DNA of 64,000 bases, taken from positions 283 through 64,282 of the forward strand of contig JBHAEG010000067.1 in the NCBI GenBank assembly GCA_041855445.1. The letters are read 5' to 3'. The notes below the pieces were generated by a model. It had not been told where the DNA came from. It worked only from the letters and a program-made list of their open reading frames with translations, and searched no databases. The translations under genes were made by a program, and so were the position numbers. The first letter of the stretch is position 1, and the number at the start of each line of letters is the position of its first letter. Positions 9,702-18,458 of this stretch are shown piece by piece. This stretch comes from Moraxellaceae bacterium (GTDB lineage Bacteria; Pseudomonadota; Gammaproteobacteria; Pseudomonadales; Moraxellaceae).

Positions 9702-10613
9702 TTAAGAAAAACTTGAAAAAATCACCATCAAAACAGGTGATATAATATTGACAATAAATCCAAAACTCATTGCCAATGGTACAACTTCATTGCCACCAGA
9801 GCTTTGAATGACGGGTAAGGTAAAATCCATACTAGTCGCTCCACCTAAACCAACCCCAGCACTTGGATAATTCCGCATTAATAAAGGAATAAACAATAAT
9901 GCACAAAATTCTCTGAGCAAATCATTCATGAGAGCCACACTGCCCCACACTGCCCCATACGCATCTGTCATAATAATGCCAGATAATGAATACCAGCCAT
10001 AACCTGACGACAACGCCAAACCTTGAGTAATCGTAACATCAGGCATCACCAAGCCAAAAATTAAACCTCCAACAGCCACACTAGCACAAAAAACAACACT
10101 AATCTGAACCCCACGTTTGTTCATTAACACTTGCTTTAATGTCATGCCTGAATGCGATAGCTGAAATCCTACTAACAAAATTAATAACATTAATAAGCCC
10201 TTAATAATCTCATCAATTGGCATATCAGATAACGGCAACCAGCGACCCAATAAAAATCCTAAAAATACACAAGCTATCTGCGATAAACTGCCCATGATAC
10301 TGACTTGAGCTTGCTGATTAGATTGTTTTAATCTACGTTGAAATGGATATAACTTATCAAAAATCATCAAGCCCAATAGCCCACTTCCCATACAGCAAAC
10401 AGCCAAAATCAGCACATTCAGCATAATAAAACTAAGCTGGGAGCCTAAATTTTGGACTTGTGATAACGATAAACCAATAAAAAATAAAATCACGAATACC
10501 AACTTAGCCAACAACTGTTCAACTCGTGGTATCCATGATGCAGGGATTGGTACAACAAAACCAATAATCAATGGCGTTAAAATTAACACTAATGTAATCA
10601 GATTATCTATCAT
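9702..10613 (-). CDS. lysO: Lysine exporter LysO family protein
   Basis: SGYGWYSLSG, ALMNDLLRE, GGATSMDFTLP motifs. Confidence 0.85.
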   Translation of the reverse strand: MIDNLITLVLILTPLIIGFVVPIPASWIPRVEQLLAKLVFVILFFIGLSLSQVQNLGSQLSFIMLNVLILAVCCMGSGLLGLMIFDKLYPFQRRLKQSNQQAQVSIMGSLSQIACVFLGFLLGRWLPLSDMPIDEIIKGLLMLLILLVGFQLSHSGMTLKQVLMNKRGVQISVVFCASVAVGGLIFGLVMPDVTITQGLALSSGYGWYSLSGIIMTDAYGAVWGSVALMNDLLREFCALLFIPLLMRNYPSAGVGLGGATSMDFTLPVIQSSGGNEVVPLAMSFGFIVNIISPVLMVIFSSFS

Positions 10614-10703
10614 ATCAACCAACTATCCATGAATATCCGCAAAAAACAAACCGTGTATGTTATCATACAATTTTTTTAATCATGAAAATATTTTACCAAT
10701 CTT

Positions 10704-11342
10704 ATGGAAGCGGATATTCTTAAATTTTTCTTAGCATTTGTGGTTTTGATAAACCCATTTGCTGCCTTATCATTATTTATTGAAATCACAAAACATGGCA
10801 CTGCCAGCCAAAAACGTAAAGTTGCATTAATATCAGCAGTGGCATTATTTATTACAATTTTAATTTTTACATTAGTGGGTGATAACTTATTAAAAGCGTT
10901 AGGAATTTCTTTAGGGTCGTTTCGGGTAGCGGGTGGATTGTTGGTGTTATTAATTGCCATTGGTATGATGAATGGCTCGGGTAATACTGCAAAACCATCT
11001 ACAGAAAAGCATGAGTTAGACAATGTCGTGTTTAATGGTGTCGCATCTGCCGTTGTGCCTTTGACCATTCCAATGGTCATAGGTCCTGGTGGTATTTCAA
11101 CGGTGATAATCTATTCAGCAGGCGCAAAAGGCTTTGTTGAAATGTTAGCTATCATTATCACAGGACTAATTTTGAGTATCATGACTTACATCAGCTTTAT
11201 GATGGCAAGTCAAGTAAGCCGTTTTTTAGGTGAAACAGGACTAAATGTCTTAAATCGTGTCATGGGTATGCTGTTGGCGGCGGTTGCTGTAGAAATTATT
11301 GTAGCGGGTTTAAGAGGTATTTTTCCGCAATTGATAGGCTAA
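10704..11342 (+). CDS. MarC family integral membrane protein
   Basis: INPF, SFRVAGG, VPLTIPMVIGPG, RVMGMLLAAVAVE. Confidence 0.9.
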   Translation: MEADILKFFLAFVVLINPFAALSLFIEITKHGTASQKRKVALISAVALFITILIFTLVGDNLLKALGISLGSFRVAGGLLVLLIAIGMMNGSGNTAKPSTEKHELDNVVFNGVASAVVPLTIPMVIGPGGISTVIIYSAGAKGFVEMLAIIITGLILSIMTYISFMMASQVSRFLGETGLNVLNRVMGMLLAAVAVEIIVAGLRGIFPQLIG

Positions 11343-11435
11343 TATTAAACATTTTTTAGAAAATGTAGCATAAAGTAACTGCCTCATCACAAACATTTTG
11401 CATTTTGATATGATAACAAACCGATTAATTATAGG

Positions 11436-13373
11436 GTGATAAAGTTGTTTCAGCAAGCTTCTCGTAAATTTATAACGACACTTTTAATCGTATTAGCACT
11501 TTGTGTTTCAGTGGCATTAATTAGCTATTCAGCAGATGACCCAAGTTGGTCTCGACTAAGCAGTCACACACAACAAATTAATAATTCACTAGGCAGTCAA
11601 GGGGCATGGTTTTCTGATATTTTATATAACTTTATTGGCATTGCTAGCTGGTGGTTAGTGATTATCATTTTATATGAGACTTTATTACTATGGGCAAATA
11701 ATCCTTTTTCGCATGGAGCTTGGCGAATTATTGGTTATTTTTTTCTAGTGATTAGTAGTGCAGGGTTATTTGTGTTGGTATTACCAACGAACTCAATCCC
11801 TCAAGGTATTATTGGGCAAATCGTTGGCTTAGGATTGAGCAATTTAATTGGTAAAATACAAGCAATTACTTGTTTAGTTTTGTTTATGCTGATGACGTTG
11901 TTGCTAATAATAAATTTACCATGGGAAAAAATATTCTTTAAAAAATCTGAAGAAAATGCAGATGATGACGTTGATAAAGTTTTGCCAAATAACGACCTAA
12001 CGTCACCGACATCTACCCAAACTGCGACTAAAAGGCAAATTAAAAAGAGCAAAAAAAGCAAAGAAACGCCTCAACCACAGCAATATAATCCAGTAACAGC
12101 ACAAACGGTCAATTCACCGCCAGTAATTGACACGCCACAAAACTTGGTCACAAAAACTCAGGCTAAACCTAAACGAGTTTCAGCATATCGAGCGAATTTG
12201 ACGGCAATTCCAACAATAGATTTGTTAGATAAGGTAGATAATCAGCAAAACCCAATTTATACAAATGAACAGTTACAACAGCTGGCTTTGTTATTAGAAA
12301 AAAAACTTGCTGATTTTAAAATACCAGCTCGTGTAATCGATGCAACGGTAGGTCCAATTGTCACACGTTTTGAAGTAGAGTTAGCATCAGGTGTGACAGC
12401 AAATAAAGTCACCAATATTTCTCGTGATATTGCTCGTTCATTATCTAAAGCCTCAGTGCGAGTGGTGGAAGTCATTCCAAATAAACCTTATATTGGTATT
12501 GAAGTTGCAAATCCAAAACGTCAAATTGTGCGTTTAATTGAACTATTAAACTGTGAGGATTATCATAATCCAGCAAGCCGTATTAGTATGGCAATGGGTA
12601 AAGATATCGCAGGTTATCCAGTGATTGCAGATTTGGCAAATGCTCCACATATGTTAATTGCAGGTACAACAGGTGCTGGAAAATCAGTATTGGTAAATGC
12701 AATTTTATTATCAATTTTATTAAAATATACCCCTGAACAAGTTCGCTTGATGTTAATTGACCCAAAACAACTCGAGCTTGCCAGTTATCAGGACATACCA
12801 CATCTATTAAGTCCTGTGATTACAGATATGAATGATGTTGTGGCAAATTTGACATGGTGTGTTGCAGAAATGGAACGCCGTTATTCATTGATGGCATCAC
12901 AAAAAGTACACAAAATTGACGATTACAATCAAAAAATTCGCTCAGAAGGAACAGGCGAGATATTACCATTTATTGTTATCATTATTGATGAATTTGCTGA
13001 TTTAATGATGCAAATTGGTAAACCTGTTGAAGGGCTTATCACCCGACTAACTCAAAAATCGCATGTGGCAGGTATTCATATAGTATTAGCGACCCAACGT
13101 CCGTCAGTTGCTGTGATTACAGGCTTAATTAAAGTTAATATTCCTGTAAGGGTTGGATTACGGGTTAATTCAAAAATTGATTCACGCACGATTTTAGATA
13201 GTAGCGGTGCGGAGGATATGTTGGGCAATGGTGATATGTTATTTTTAGATGTTGGCACTGGACAACAAGAGCCAATTCGTATTCATGGGGCATATGTGAG
13301 TAATGAAGAAATTAATCATGTGTGTGACGCATGGCGAGAGCGTGGCAATCCACAATATATTGATATTCAATGA
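11436..13373 (+). CDS. ftsK: FtsK/SpoIIIE-family DNA translocase (4TM + alpha/beta motor; no gamma domain)
   Basis: N-terminal SYSADDPSW..G..GAW 4TM domain; GPIVTRFE, PHMLIAGTTGAGKS, IDPKQLEL, IIDEFADL, LATQRPS, DSRTILD; GTG start. Confidence 0.88.
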   Translation: MIKLFQQASRKFITTLLIVLALCVSVALISYSADDPSWSRLSSHTQQINNSLGSQGAWFSDILYNFIGIASWWLVIIILYETLLLWANNPFSHGAWRIIGYFFLVISSAGLFVLVLPTNSIPQGIIGQIVGLGLSNLIGKIQAITCLVLFMLMTLLLIINLPWEKIFFKKSEENADDDVDKVLPNNDLTSPTSTQTATKRQIKKSKKSKETPQPQQYNPVTAQTVNSPPVIDTPQNLVTKTQAKPKRVSAYRANLTAIPTIDLLDKVDNQQNPIYTNEQLQQLALLLEKKLADFKIPARVIDATVGPIVTRFEVELASGVTANKVTNISRDIARSLSKASVRVVEVIPNKPYIGIEVANPKRQIVRLIELLNCEDYHNPASRISMAMGKDIAGYPVIADLANAPHMLIAGTTGAGKSVLVNAILLSILLKYTPEQVRLMLIDPKQLELASYQDIPHLLSPVITDMNDVVANLTWCVAEMERRYSLMASQKVHKIDDYNQKIRSEGTGEILPFIVIIIDEFADLMMQIGKPVEGLITRLTQKSHVAGIHIVLATQRPSVAVITGLIKVNIPVRVGLRVNSKIDSRTILDSSGAEDMLGNGDMLFLDVGTGQQEPIRIHGAYVSNEEINHVCDAWRERGNPQYIDIQ

Positions 13374-13381
13374 TTTTAATA

Positions 13382-13400
13382 AGCTGGGTTTCTCCCAGCT
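13382..13400. terminator. Intrinsic terminator hairpin after ftsK
   Basis: agctggg-tttct-cccagct stem-loop between convergent genes, followed by T-rich tract. Confidence 0.7.
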
Positions 13401-13411
13401 GACATTTTTAT

Positions 13412-13927
13412 TTAAATAAAGTCTTTGAATGTTTCATACGCTTTTGTTTGTTCCTCAATAAACCAGCTATCATGGGGGAATTTTTCGACTGCTTGTTGTA
13501 AGGTGATTAATAATTCATGAGTAAAATAACGGCTTTTGACTAAATTATCTTGCTTTTCTAAATGCTCTTCTGGTGCAGATAACGCATTAGCTATTGCCCA
13601 ATGCCCATTAATTAAAAAGGTCAGTACAATAATTTTTTCTGCCCAAAGTTGTGGGAATTTTTCGTTATATTTTAACATTTCTGTAAATATATCTAAAGAA
13701 ACTTGTAATCTGCCATCTTCTCGCAAATCTAAAGTATTATTATTTGGCATTTTATGCAAAATCATTGCACACCAATACCAAAACTCACCTTTATTATCAG
13801 TTGGAGCGTATTTGATTAAATCATGATAGTTGGTGACTTGGTCATCTTGTTCAACCATGCTACATAGTTTATTAAGAAATAATTTTTCATCAATAGTTAA
13901 ATTACTGTTTGATTGATTATACATCAT
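13412..13927 (-). CDS. Hypothetical protein, 171 aa, probably alpha-helical
   Basis: Uninterrupted AT-rich ORF with AGGTGA SD-like sequence upstream; no family recognised. Confidence 0.65.
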   Translation of the reverse strand: MMYNQSNSNLTIDEKLFLNKLCSMVEQDDQVTNYHDLIKYAPTDNKGEFWYWCAMILHKMPNNNTLDLREDGRLQVSLDIFTEMLKYNEKFPQLWAEKIIVLTFLINGHWAIANALSAPEEHLEKQDNLVKSRYFTHELLITLQQAVEKFPHDSWFIEEQTKAYETFKDFI

Positions 13928-13964
13928 GTCACCTATTCATTAAGCTATTGAAAATTGAATGTTA

Positions 13965-14150
13965 TTATAATATATAATAAATGGTTGACTTCCTCCCCTC
14001 CCTAAAGCGAGGGGATTCCTTCTGCAAGACGGTCAAGCCCGACCGCAAGAATGTTCTTACTAGCATTGATATCTCTATCATGCTGTGTGCCACACTTTGC
14101 ACAAGTCCATTCTCTTATTCCAAGACCTGCTCTACCTTTCGGACTATTGC
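13965..14150 (-). ncRNA. Putative TnpB omegaRNA (reRNA) scaffold plus guide; boundaries approximate
   Basis: Overlaps the tnpB 3' end; CCCCTC..GAGGGG hairpin followed by GTCAA right end and about 20 nt of flank; architecture inferred from the IS200/IS605 family. Confidence 0.5.
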
Positions 14151-15066
14151 TGTCAATTTGACCGCAACACGAGCAAGTTTGTGTCGTGTATTTCTCATTT
14201 ACTATTTCAAAACGACAACCTGCATTCTTGCATTTATATTCCAGTTGTCGTTTGAGTTCAAACTAACCTGCATCGTAAACCGATTTGGCTAGTTTGCCTT
14301 TTTTTGCTATTAAATTGATTATTTTTTGGCTCTTTGAGCGATGGCTAAATCTTTGGCATATTTGAGCGTTTGTTTGATTTGTAATTTATCACCATTAGAG
14401 GTGGTAGCACTGTCTTTTAAACCCAAATCAATGCCAATGCTACCAGTTCCGCATGTGGTTGTAGGGTATTCTTTAACCGTGATACAGGCATACCAACGAT
14501 TACGGCTGTCTTGTACAATCTCGCAAGTGTTGATTTGGTATAAGCCAAGGTTATAGCTATCCCATACGTTTATCAGTAGCTTTTGCCCTTTGGCTATGGA
14601 CAGTTGTAAGGTGGATTTAAGGGCTTTCTTGCCTGTTTGGTAAGTTTTAATTAGCTTAACAGCAGACTTTTTAAAGGGTATCCAACCTAAAGATTTACGC
14701 TTTGCTTTGGGGTTGTTGGTTCGCCAGTTGAGTTTTGCTTTTTTAAATTGTTTACGGTTTTTGGTGTGAGTTTCATTGATGGCTTGGATTGTTTGAGAAT
14801 GCAAGCCTAATTCAACATTAGCACCTTTGGTGTATTCGTTTAGGTCATAGGCACTAAAGAATTTACCAGTTCTTTGTAGGTGTTTGTAGCTCAAGTCATT
14901 CACATAATTCCACACAAAATTAACCGAACCGCTTAAACGGTTTAGTTGGTCTGCGTGTTTGTCTCGTATGCGTAGCTTGAGTGTTTTCATATCGTTATGA
15001 TAGCATATTCTAAATTATATTTGAATATCGACCGCCTTATATATCCGCTGTTTTACGGCGGATTGG
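13985..15066 (-). mobile_element. Non-autonomous IS200/IS605-family (IS1341-like) element, tnpB only, decayed
   Basis: Right end ...GGAGGAAGTCAA at 13985 with subterminal hairpin; left-end hairpin ATCCGCCG-TAAAA-CAGCGGAT at about 15043-15063; no tnpA; left boundary uncertain (15066-15090). Confidence 0.8.
14002..14990 (-). pseudogene. tnpB: RNA-guided endonuclease TnpB, disrupted
   Basis: N-part MKTLKLRI..VWNY..IGIDLGLKD (RuvC-I) stops at 14319; C-part in another frame reads GKLAKSVYDAG*FELKRQLEYK..TTQTCSCC..WTCAKCGTQHDRDINASKN..GIPSL (Zn finger, RuvC-III) with TAG at 14263-14265; middle segment missing. Confidence 0.9.
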
Positions 15067-15095
15067 ATAAAAAATGATATATATCCAAAAAAATA

Positions 15096-15127
15096 AAAGC
15101 ATTCATCTAAATTAAGATGAATGCTTT
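15096..15127 (-). terminator. Intrinsic terminator downstream of serA
   Basis: aaagcattcatct-aaatta-agatgaatgcttt 13-bp stem with T-run on the minus strand. Confidence 0.8.
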
Positions 15128-15155
15128 GCATAGTGATATATCAATAATTGATTAA

Positions 15156-16388
15156 TTAAAATAAAACACGCACACGAATAGTTTCAGGCACAGCTTTTAA
15201 CATGGCTAAAGCTTCTGCAGAATTATCATAATCAACGTCCATCACCAGATAGCCAACATCACCTTCTGTCATTAAACTTTGAGCGATAATATTAATATTA
15301 GCATCAGCAAAAGATTTATTCACTTGTGATAATACCCCTGGAACGTTTTGGTGAATGTGTAATAAACGGTGAGTTCCTTCCTTGAATGGAATATTGACAT
15401 TCGGAAAGTTTACCGCTGAAGTTGTATCACCCATATCTGAATAACGTACAAATTTTTCCGCCACTTCTAAGCCAATATTTGCTTGAGCTTCTTGTGTAGA
15501 ACCGCCAATATGTGGCGTTAAAATGACATTGTCAAATTCACGCAATACAGACTCAAATTCTTCATCGGCAGATTTTGGCTCTTTTGGAAATACGTCAATC
15601 GCTGAACCAATGATATGGCCAGAACGTAACGCATCAGCTAATGCTTCAATATCCACACACTTACCACGAGCAGCATTGATAAAATGTGATTTTGGTTTCA
15701 TTAAGGCAAATTCTTTGGCAGTCATCATGTTGCGTGTGCTTGGCAAATCTGGAACATGTAATGTCACAACATCGGAATTTTGTAATAATTCCTCTAAATT
15801 TGCCACTTGGCGGGCATTACCCAACGGTAATTTGGTAACAGTATCATGATAAATGACTTTCATGCCCAAACTTTCAGCAAGTACAGATAATTGTGAACCA
15901 ATCGAACCATAACCCACAATACCTAAAGTTTTACCACGTACTTCATGTGAGTCTTTTGCTGATTTATTCCAACCACCACGATGAACCACTGCATTTTTTT
16001 CAGGAATACCACGCATTAACATGATAATCTCTGCCAGTACTAATTCAGCGACAGAGCGAGTATTAGAAAATGGAGCATTAAATACAGGAATACCCAGTTC
16101 ACGGGCAGTCTCTAAATCAACCTGATTAGTACCAATGCAAAAACACCCAATCGCAATGAGTTTTTCAGCATGTTGTAAAACTTCTTTGGTCAAGTTCGTA
16201 CGAGAACGAATGCCAATAAAATGGGCATCTTTGATTTTACTAATTAATTCATCTTTATCAAGGGCAGTTGCTAATCGTTCAACATTGTTATAACCTGCCT
16301 CACTCAACACACGAAAAGCGTTATCGTGTAGCCCTTCTAACATTAAAAAACGGATTTTATCTTTTCCAAGTGATAAATTTTGTGCCAT
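15156..16388 (-). CDS. serA: D-3-phosphoglycerate dehydrogenase
   Basis: GIRSRT, GCFCIGTNQVDL, NAPFSNTRSVAE, GYGSIG, LTPHIGGSTQEAQ, C-terminal ACT domain; start MAQNL at 16388. Confidence 0.96.
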   Translation of the reverse strand: MAQNLSLGKDKIRFLMLEGLHDNAFRVLSEAGYNNVERLATALDKDELISKIKDAHFIGIRSRTNLTKEVLQHAEKLIAIGCFCIGTNQVDLETARELGIPVFNAPFSNTRSVAELVLAEIIMLMRGIPEKNAVVHRGGWNKSAKDSHEVRGKTLGIVGYGSIGSQLSVLAESLGMKVIYHDTVTKLPLGNARQVANLEELLQNSDVVTLHVPDLPSTRNMMTAKEFALMKPKSHFINAARGKCVDIEALADALRSGHIIGSAIDVFPKEPKSADEEFESVLREFDNVILTPHIGGSTQEAQANIGLEVAEKFVRYSDMGDTTSAVNFPNVNIPFKEGTHRLLHIHQNVPGVLSQVNKSFADANINIIAQSLMTEGDVGYLVMDVDYDNSAEALAMLKAVPETIRVRVLF

Positions 16389-16560
16389 TATTAACCTCAT
16401 AAGTACAGTAAAGCGAATGGCGAATATGCTATCATATTTACATTCAGAAAACTGTTGATAATATATGAAAATAAGCTGAATATACTTCAACTTACTTTTA
16501 TATTTTGTTGGATATCACAGTAAAACATGATGAAATTTTACATAATGATGGGGCGAATTT

Positions 16561-17967
16561 ATGGCAAATATTAGTAACTTTTTAAATGATTTAACTCAAC
16601 AAGGATTTGAAAACAATCAAATCAAAACTGACCCTGAAAGTTTAAAATTTTGGGGGGTTGATTGGACAAAACATTTTGAGCCTAATCCCTCTGCCATCAT
16701 TTTCCCTAAAACCACAGAACAAGTACAAACAATTATTAAATTGGCTAATCAATATCACATCGTAGTTACGCCAAGTGGTGGTCGTACAGGTTTATCCGCA
16801 GGAGCAGTGGCGAGTAATGGCGAAGTTGTCGTAAGCCTTGATAAAATGAATAAAATTTTAGCGTTTTATCCTGCTGACCGTATGGTTGAAGTTGAGGCAG
16901 GTGTGGTGACAAAACAGTTACAACAATATGCTGAAGAGCAAGGGTTATATTATCCTGTTGATTTTGCATCATCTGGTTCTAGTCAGATTGGGGGGAATAT
17001 TGGTACAAATGCAGGTGGAATAAAAGTTATTCGCTATGGCATGACTCGCCAATGGGTATTAGGTCTAACGGTGGTAACTGGTAAGGGCGATATTTTAGAG
17101 CTAAATAAGGGCATGATGAAAAATGCAACTGGTTATGATTTACGACATTTATTTATTGGGGCAGAAGGTACATTAGGTATTGTGACTAAAGCTCAAATTA
17201 AACTTGAACGCCAACCAAAAAATTTAACAGTGATGGTATTGGGTGTACCAGAGTTTGCAAGTGTGATGCAAGTATTATCAGCATTTCAACAAAAAATTGA
17301 TTTAACCGCATTTGAATTTTTTGACATTACTGCATTACAAAAAATTGTCCAGTCAGGACATACCCAAGCCCCATTTGAAACCCAAGCTCCGTTTTATGTA
17401 TTGTTAGAGTTTGAAGCTCCTTACGAGCCGATTATGGATACAGCGATGGCGGTATTTGAAGCATGTACAGAACAAGGGCTAATTCTTGATGGTGTCATGA
17501 GTCAATCAATTCAACAAGCAACTGAGCTTTGGAAACTGCGTGAAGGTATTTCAGAAGTAATTTCAGTGTATACACCATATAAAAATGATATTTCGGTATT
17601 GATTGGATATGTACCTGAGTTTATTGCAGATATTGAAACCATTGTGAAAAACAATTATCCTGATTTTGAAATTTGCTGGTATGGGCATATTGGCGATGGT
17701 AACTTACATCTAAATATTTTAAAACCTGCCAATCTGAGTAAAGATGAATTTTTTGAAAAATGTCAGGTTGTTAATAAATATGTCTTTGAAACTGTTAAAA
17801 AATATGGTGGTTCAATCTCGGCAGAACATGGCGTAGGTATGACTAAAAAACCATATTTAGAATACACCCGTCCAGCCGAAGAAATCGCCTATTTAAAAGC
17901 GTTAAAACAAGTATTTGACCCAAATGGAATCATGAACCAAGGCAAAATCTTTGATTTAGATAAATAA
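16561..17967 (+). CDS. FAD-binding oxidoreductase, probable D-2-hydroxyglutarate dehydrogenase
   Basis: PSGGRTGL, PVDFASSGSSQIGGNIGTNAGG, GHIGDGNLH, SISAEHGVG; divergent from serA. Confidence 0.85.
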   Translation: MANISNFLNDLTQQGFENNQIKTDPESLKFWGVDWTKHFEPNPSAIIFPKTTEQVQTIIKLANQYHIVVTPSGGRTGLSAGAVASNGEVVVSLDKMNKILAFYPADRMVEVEAGVVTKQLQQYAEEQGLYYPVDFASSGSSQIGGNIGTNAGGIKVIRYGMTRQWVLGLTVVTGKGDILELNKGMMKNATGYDLRHLFIGAEGTLGIVTKAQIKLERQPKNLTVMVLGVPEFASVMQVLSAFQQKIDLTAFEFFDITALQKIVQSGHTQAPFETQAPFYVLLEFEAPYEPIMDTAMAVFEACTEQGLILDGVMSQSIQQATELWKLREGISEVISVYTPYKNDISVLIGYVPEFIADIETIVKNNYPDFEICWYGHIGDGNLHLNILKPANLSKDEFFEKCQVVNKYVFETVKKYGGSISAEHGVGMTKKPYLEYTRPAEEIAYLKALKQVFDPNGIMNQGKIFDLDK

Positions 17968-17985
17968 CTAGTCAATGAAATCAAA

Positions 17986-18015
17986 AATCCACTGTATAGA
18001 TAGATACAGTGGATT
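17986..18015. terminator. Bidirectional intrinsic terminator
   Basis: aatccactgtat-agatag-atacagtggatt stem between convergent genes. Confidence 0.8.
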
Positions 18016-18039
18016 GATAAAGATATATTGGAGGCTATT

Positions 18040-18405
18040 TTATTGAGAATGAGATTGCCATAGTCCTTCTAAATTATAAAAAGCCCGAGCTTGTGGCATC
18101 ATCACATGAACCACAACTGCCCCTAAATCAATTAACGTCCAGTCAGTGCCTGTATCCCCTTCTACCCCAATTGGTGAAAAACCTGCTTGTTTGGCTTGCA
18201 TTGCCACATGGTCAGCCAATGCACGCACATGACGGGTCGAAGTTCCTTCAGCGATAACCATGCGTTCCATGACATCAGTCATATCGGCAACATCAAGTAC
18301 AGTAATATTTTTGGCTTTAACATCTTCAAGGGCATTAGTGACAACGGTTAAACATTCAGCTAAACGTTCAGCAGATAGGATTTCAGGACGTATAATTTTG
18401 GTCAT
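18040..18405 (-). CDS. rsfS: Ribosome silencing factor RsfS (Iojap)
   Basis: LEDVKAKNI, IAEGTSTRHV, WTLIDLGAVVVHVM, FYNLEGLW. Confidence 0.93.
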   Translation of the reverse strand: MTKIIRPEILSAERLAECLTVVTNALEDVKAKNITVLDVADMTDVMERMVIAEGTSTRHVRALADHVAMQAKQAGFSPIGVEGDTGTDWTLIDLGAVVVHVMMPQARAFYNLEGLWQSHSQ

Positions 18406-18458
18406 AGGCAAATAATTTCCATTAAAAACATAAATCAAGTTTAGATTGTAGCAGACTT

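Noticed and set aside
9601-9720. tRNA-Leu as an integration site for an island
   Set aside because: No integrase follows and no duplicated tRNA 3' end (attR) was seen in the window; the downstream genes are host-like
10676-11080. Short antisense or alternate-frame ORFs in the track (e.g. 10676-11080, 7083-7367, 15523-15849, 27820-28056, 36106-36345, 47890-48342, 63525-63776)
   Set aside because: All lie wholly within well-supported genes on the opposite strand or frame and show no recognisable motifs
13981-14292. 103-aa plus-strand ORF over the IS right end
   Set aside because: It is the antisense shadow of the tnpB 3' fragment and omegaRNA, with no independent protein features
15063-15088. 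Inverted repeat ttggata..tatccaa as a terminal inverted repeat of the IS
   Set aside because: IS200/IS605 elements have no TIRs and it has no counterpart at the right end; it only adds uncertainty to the left boundary
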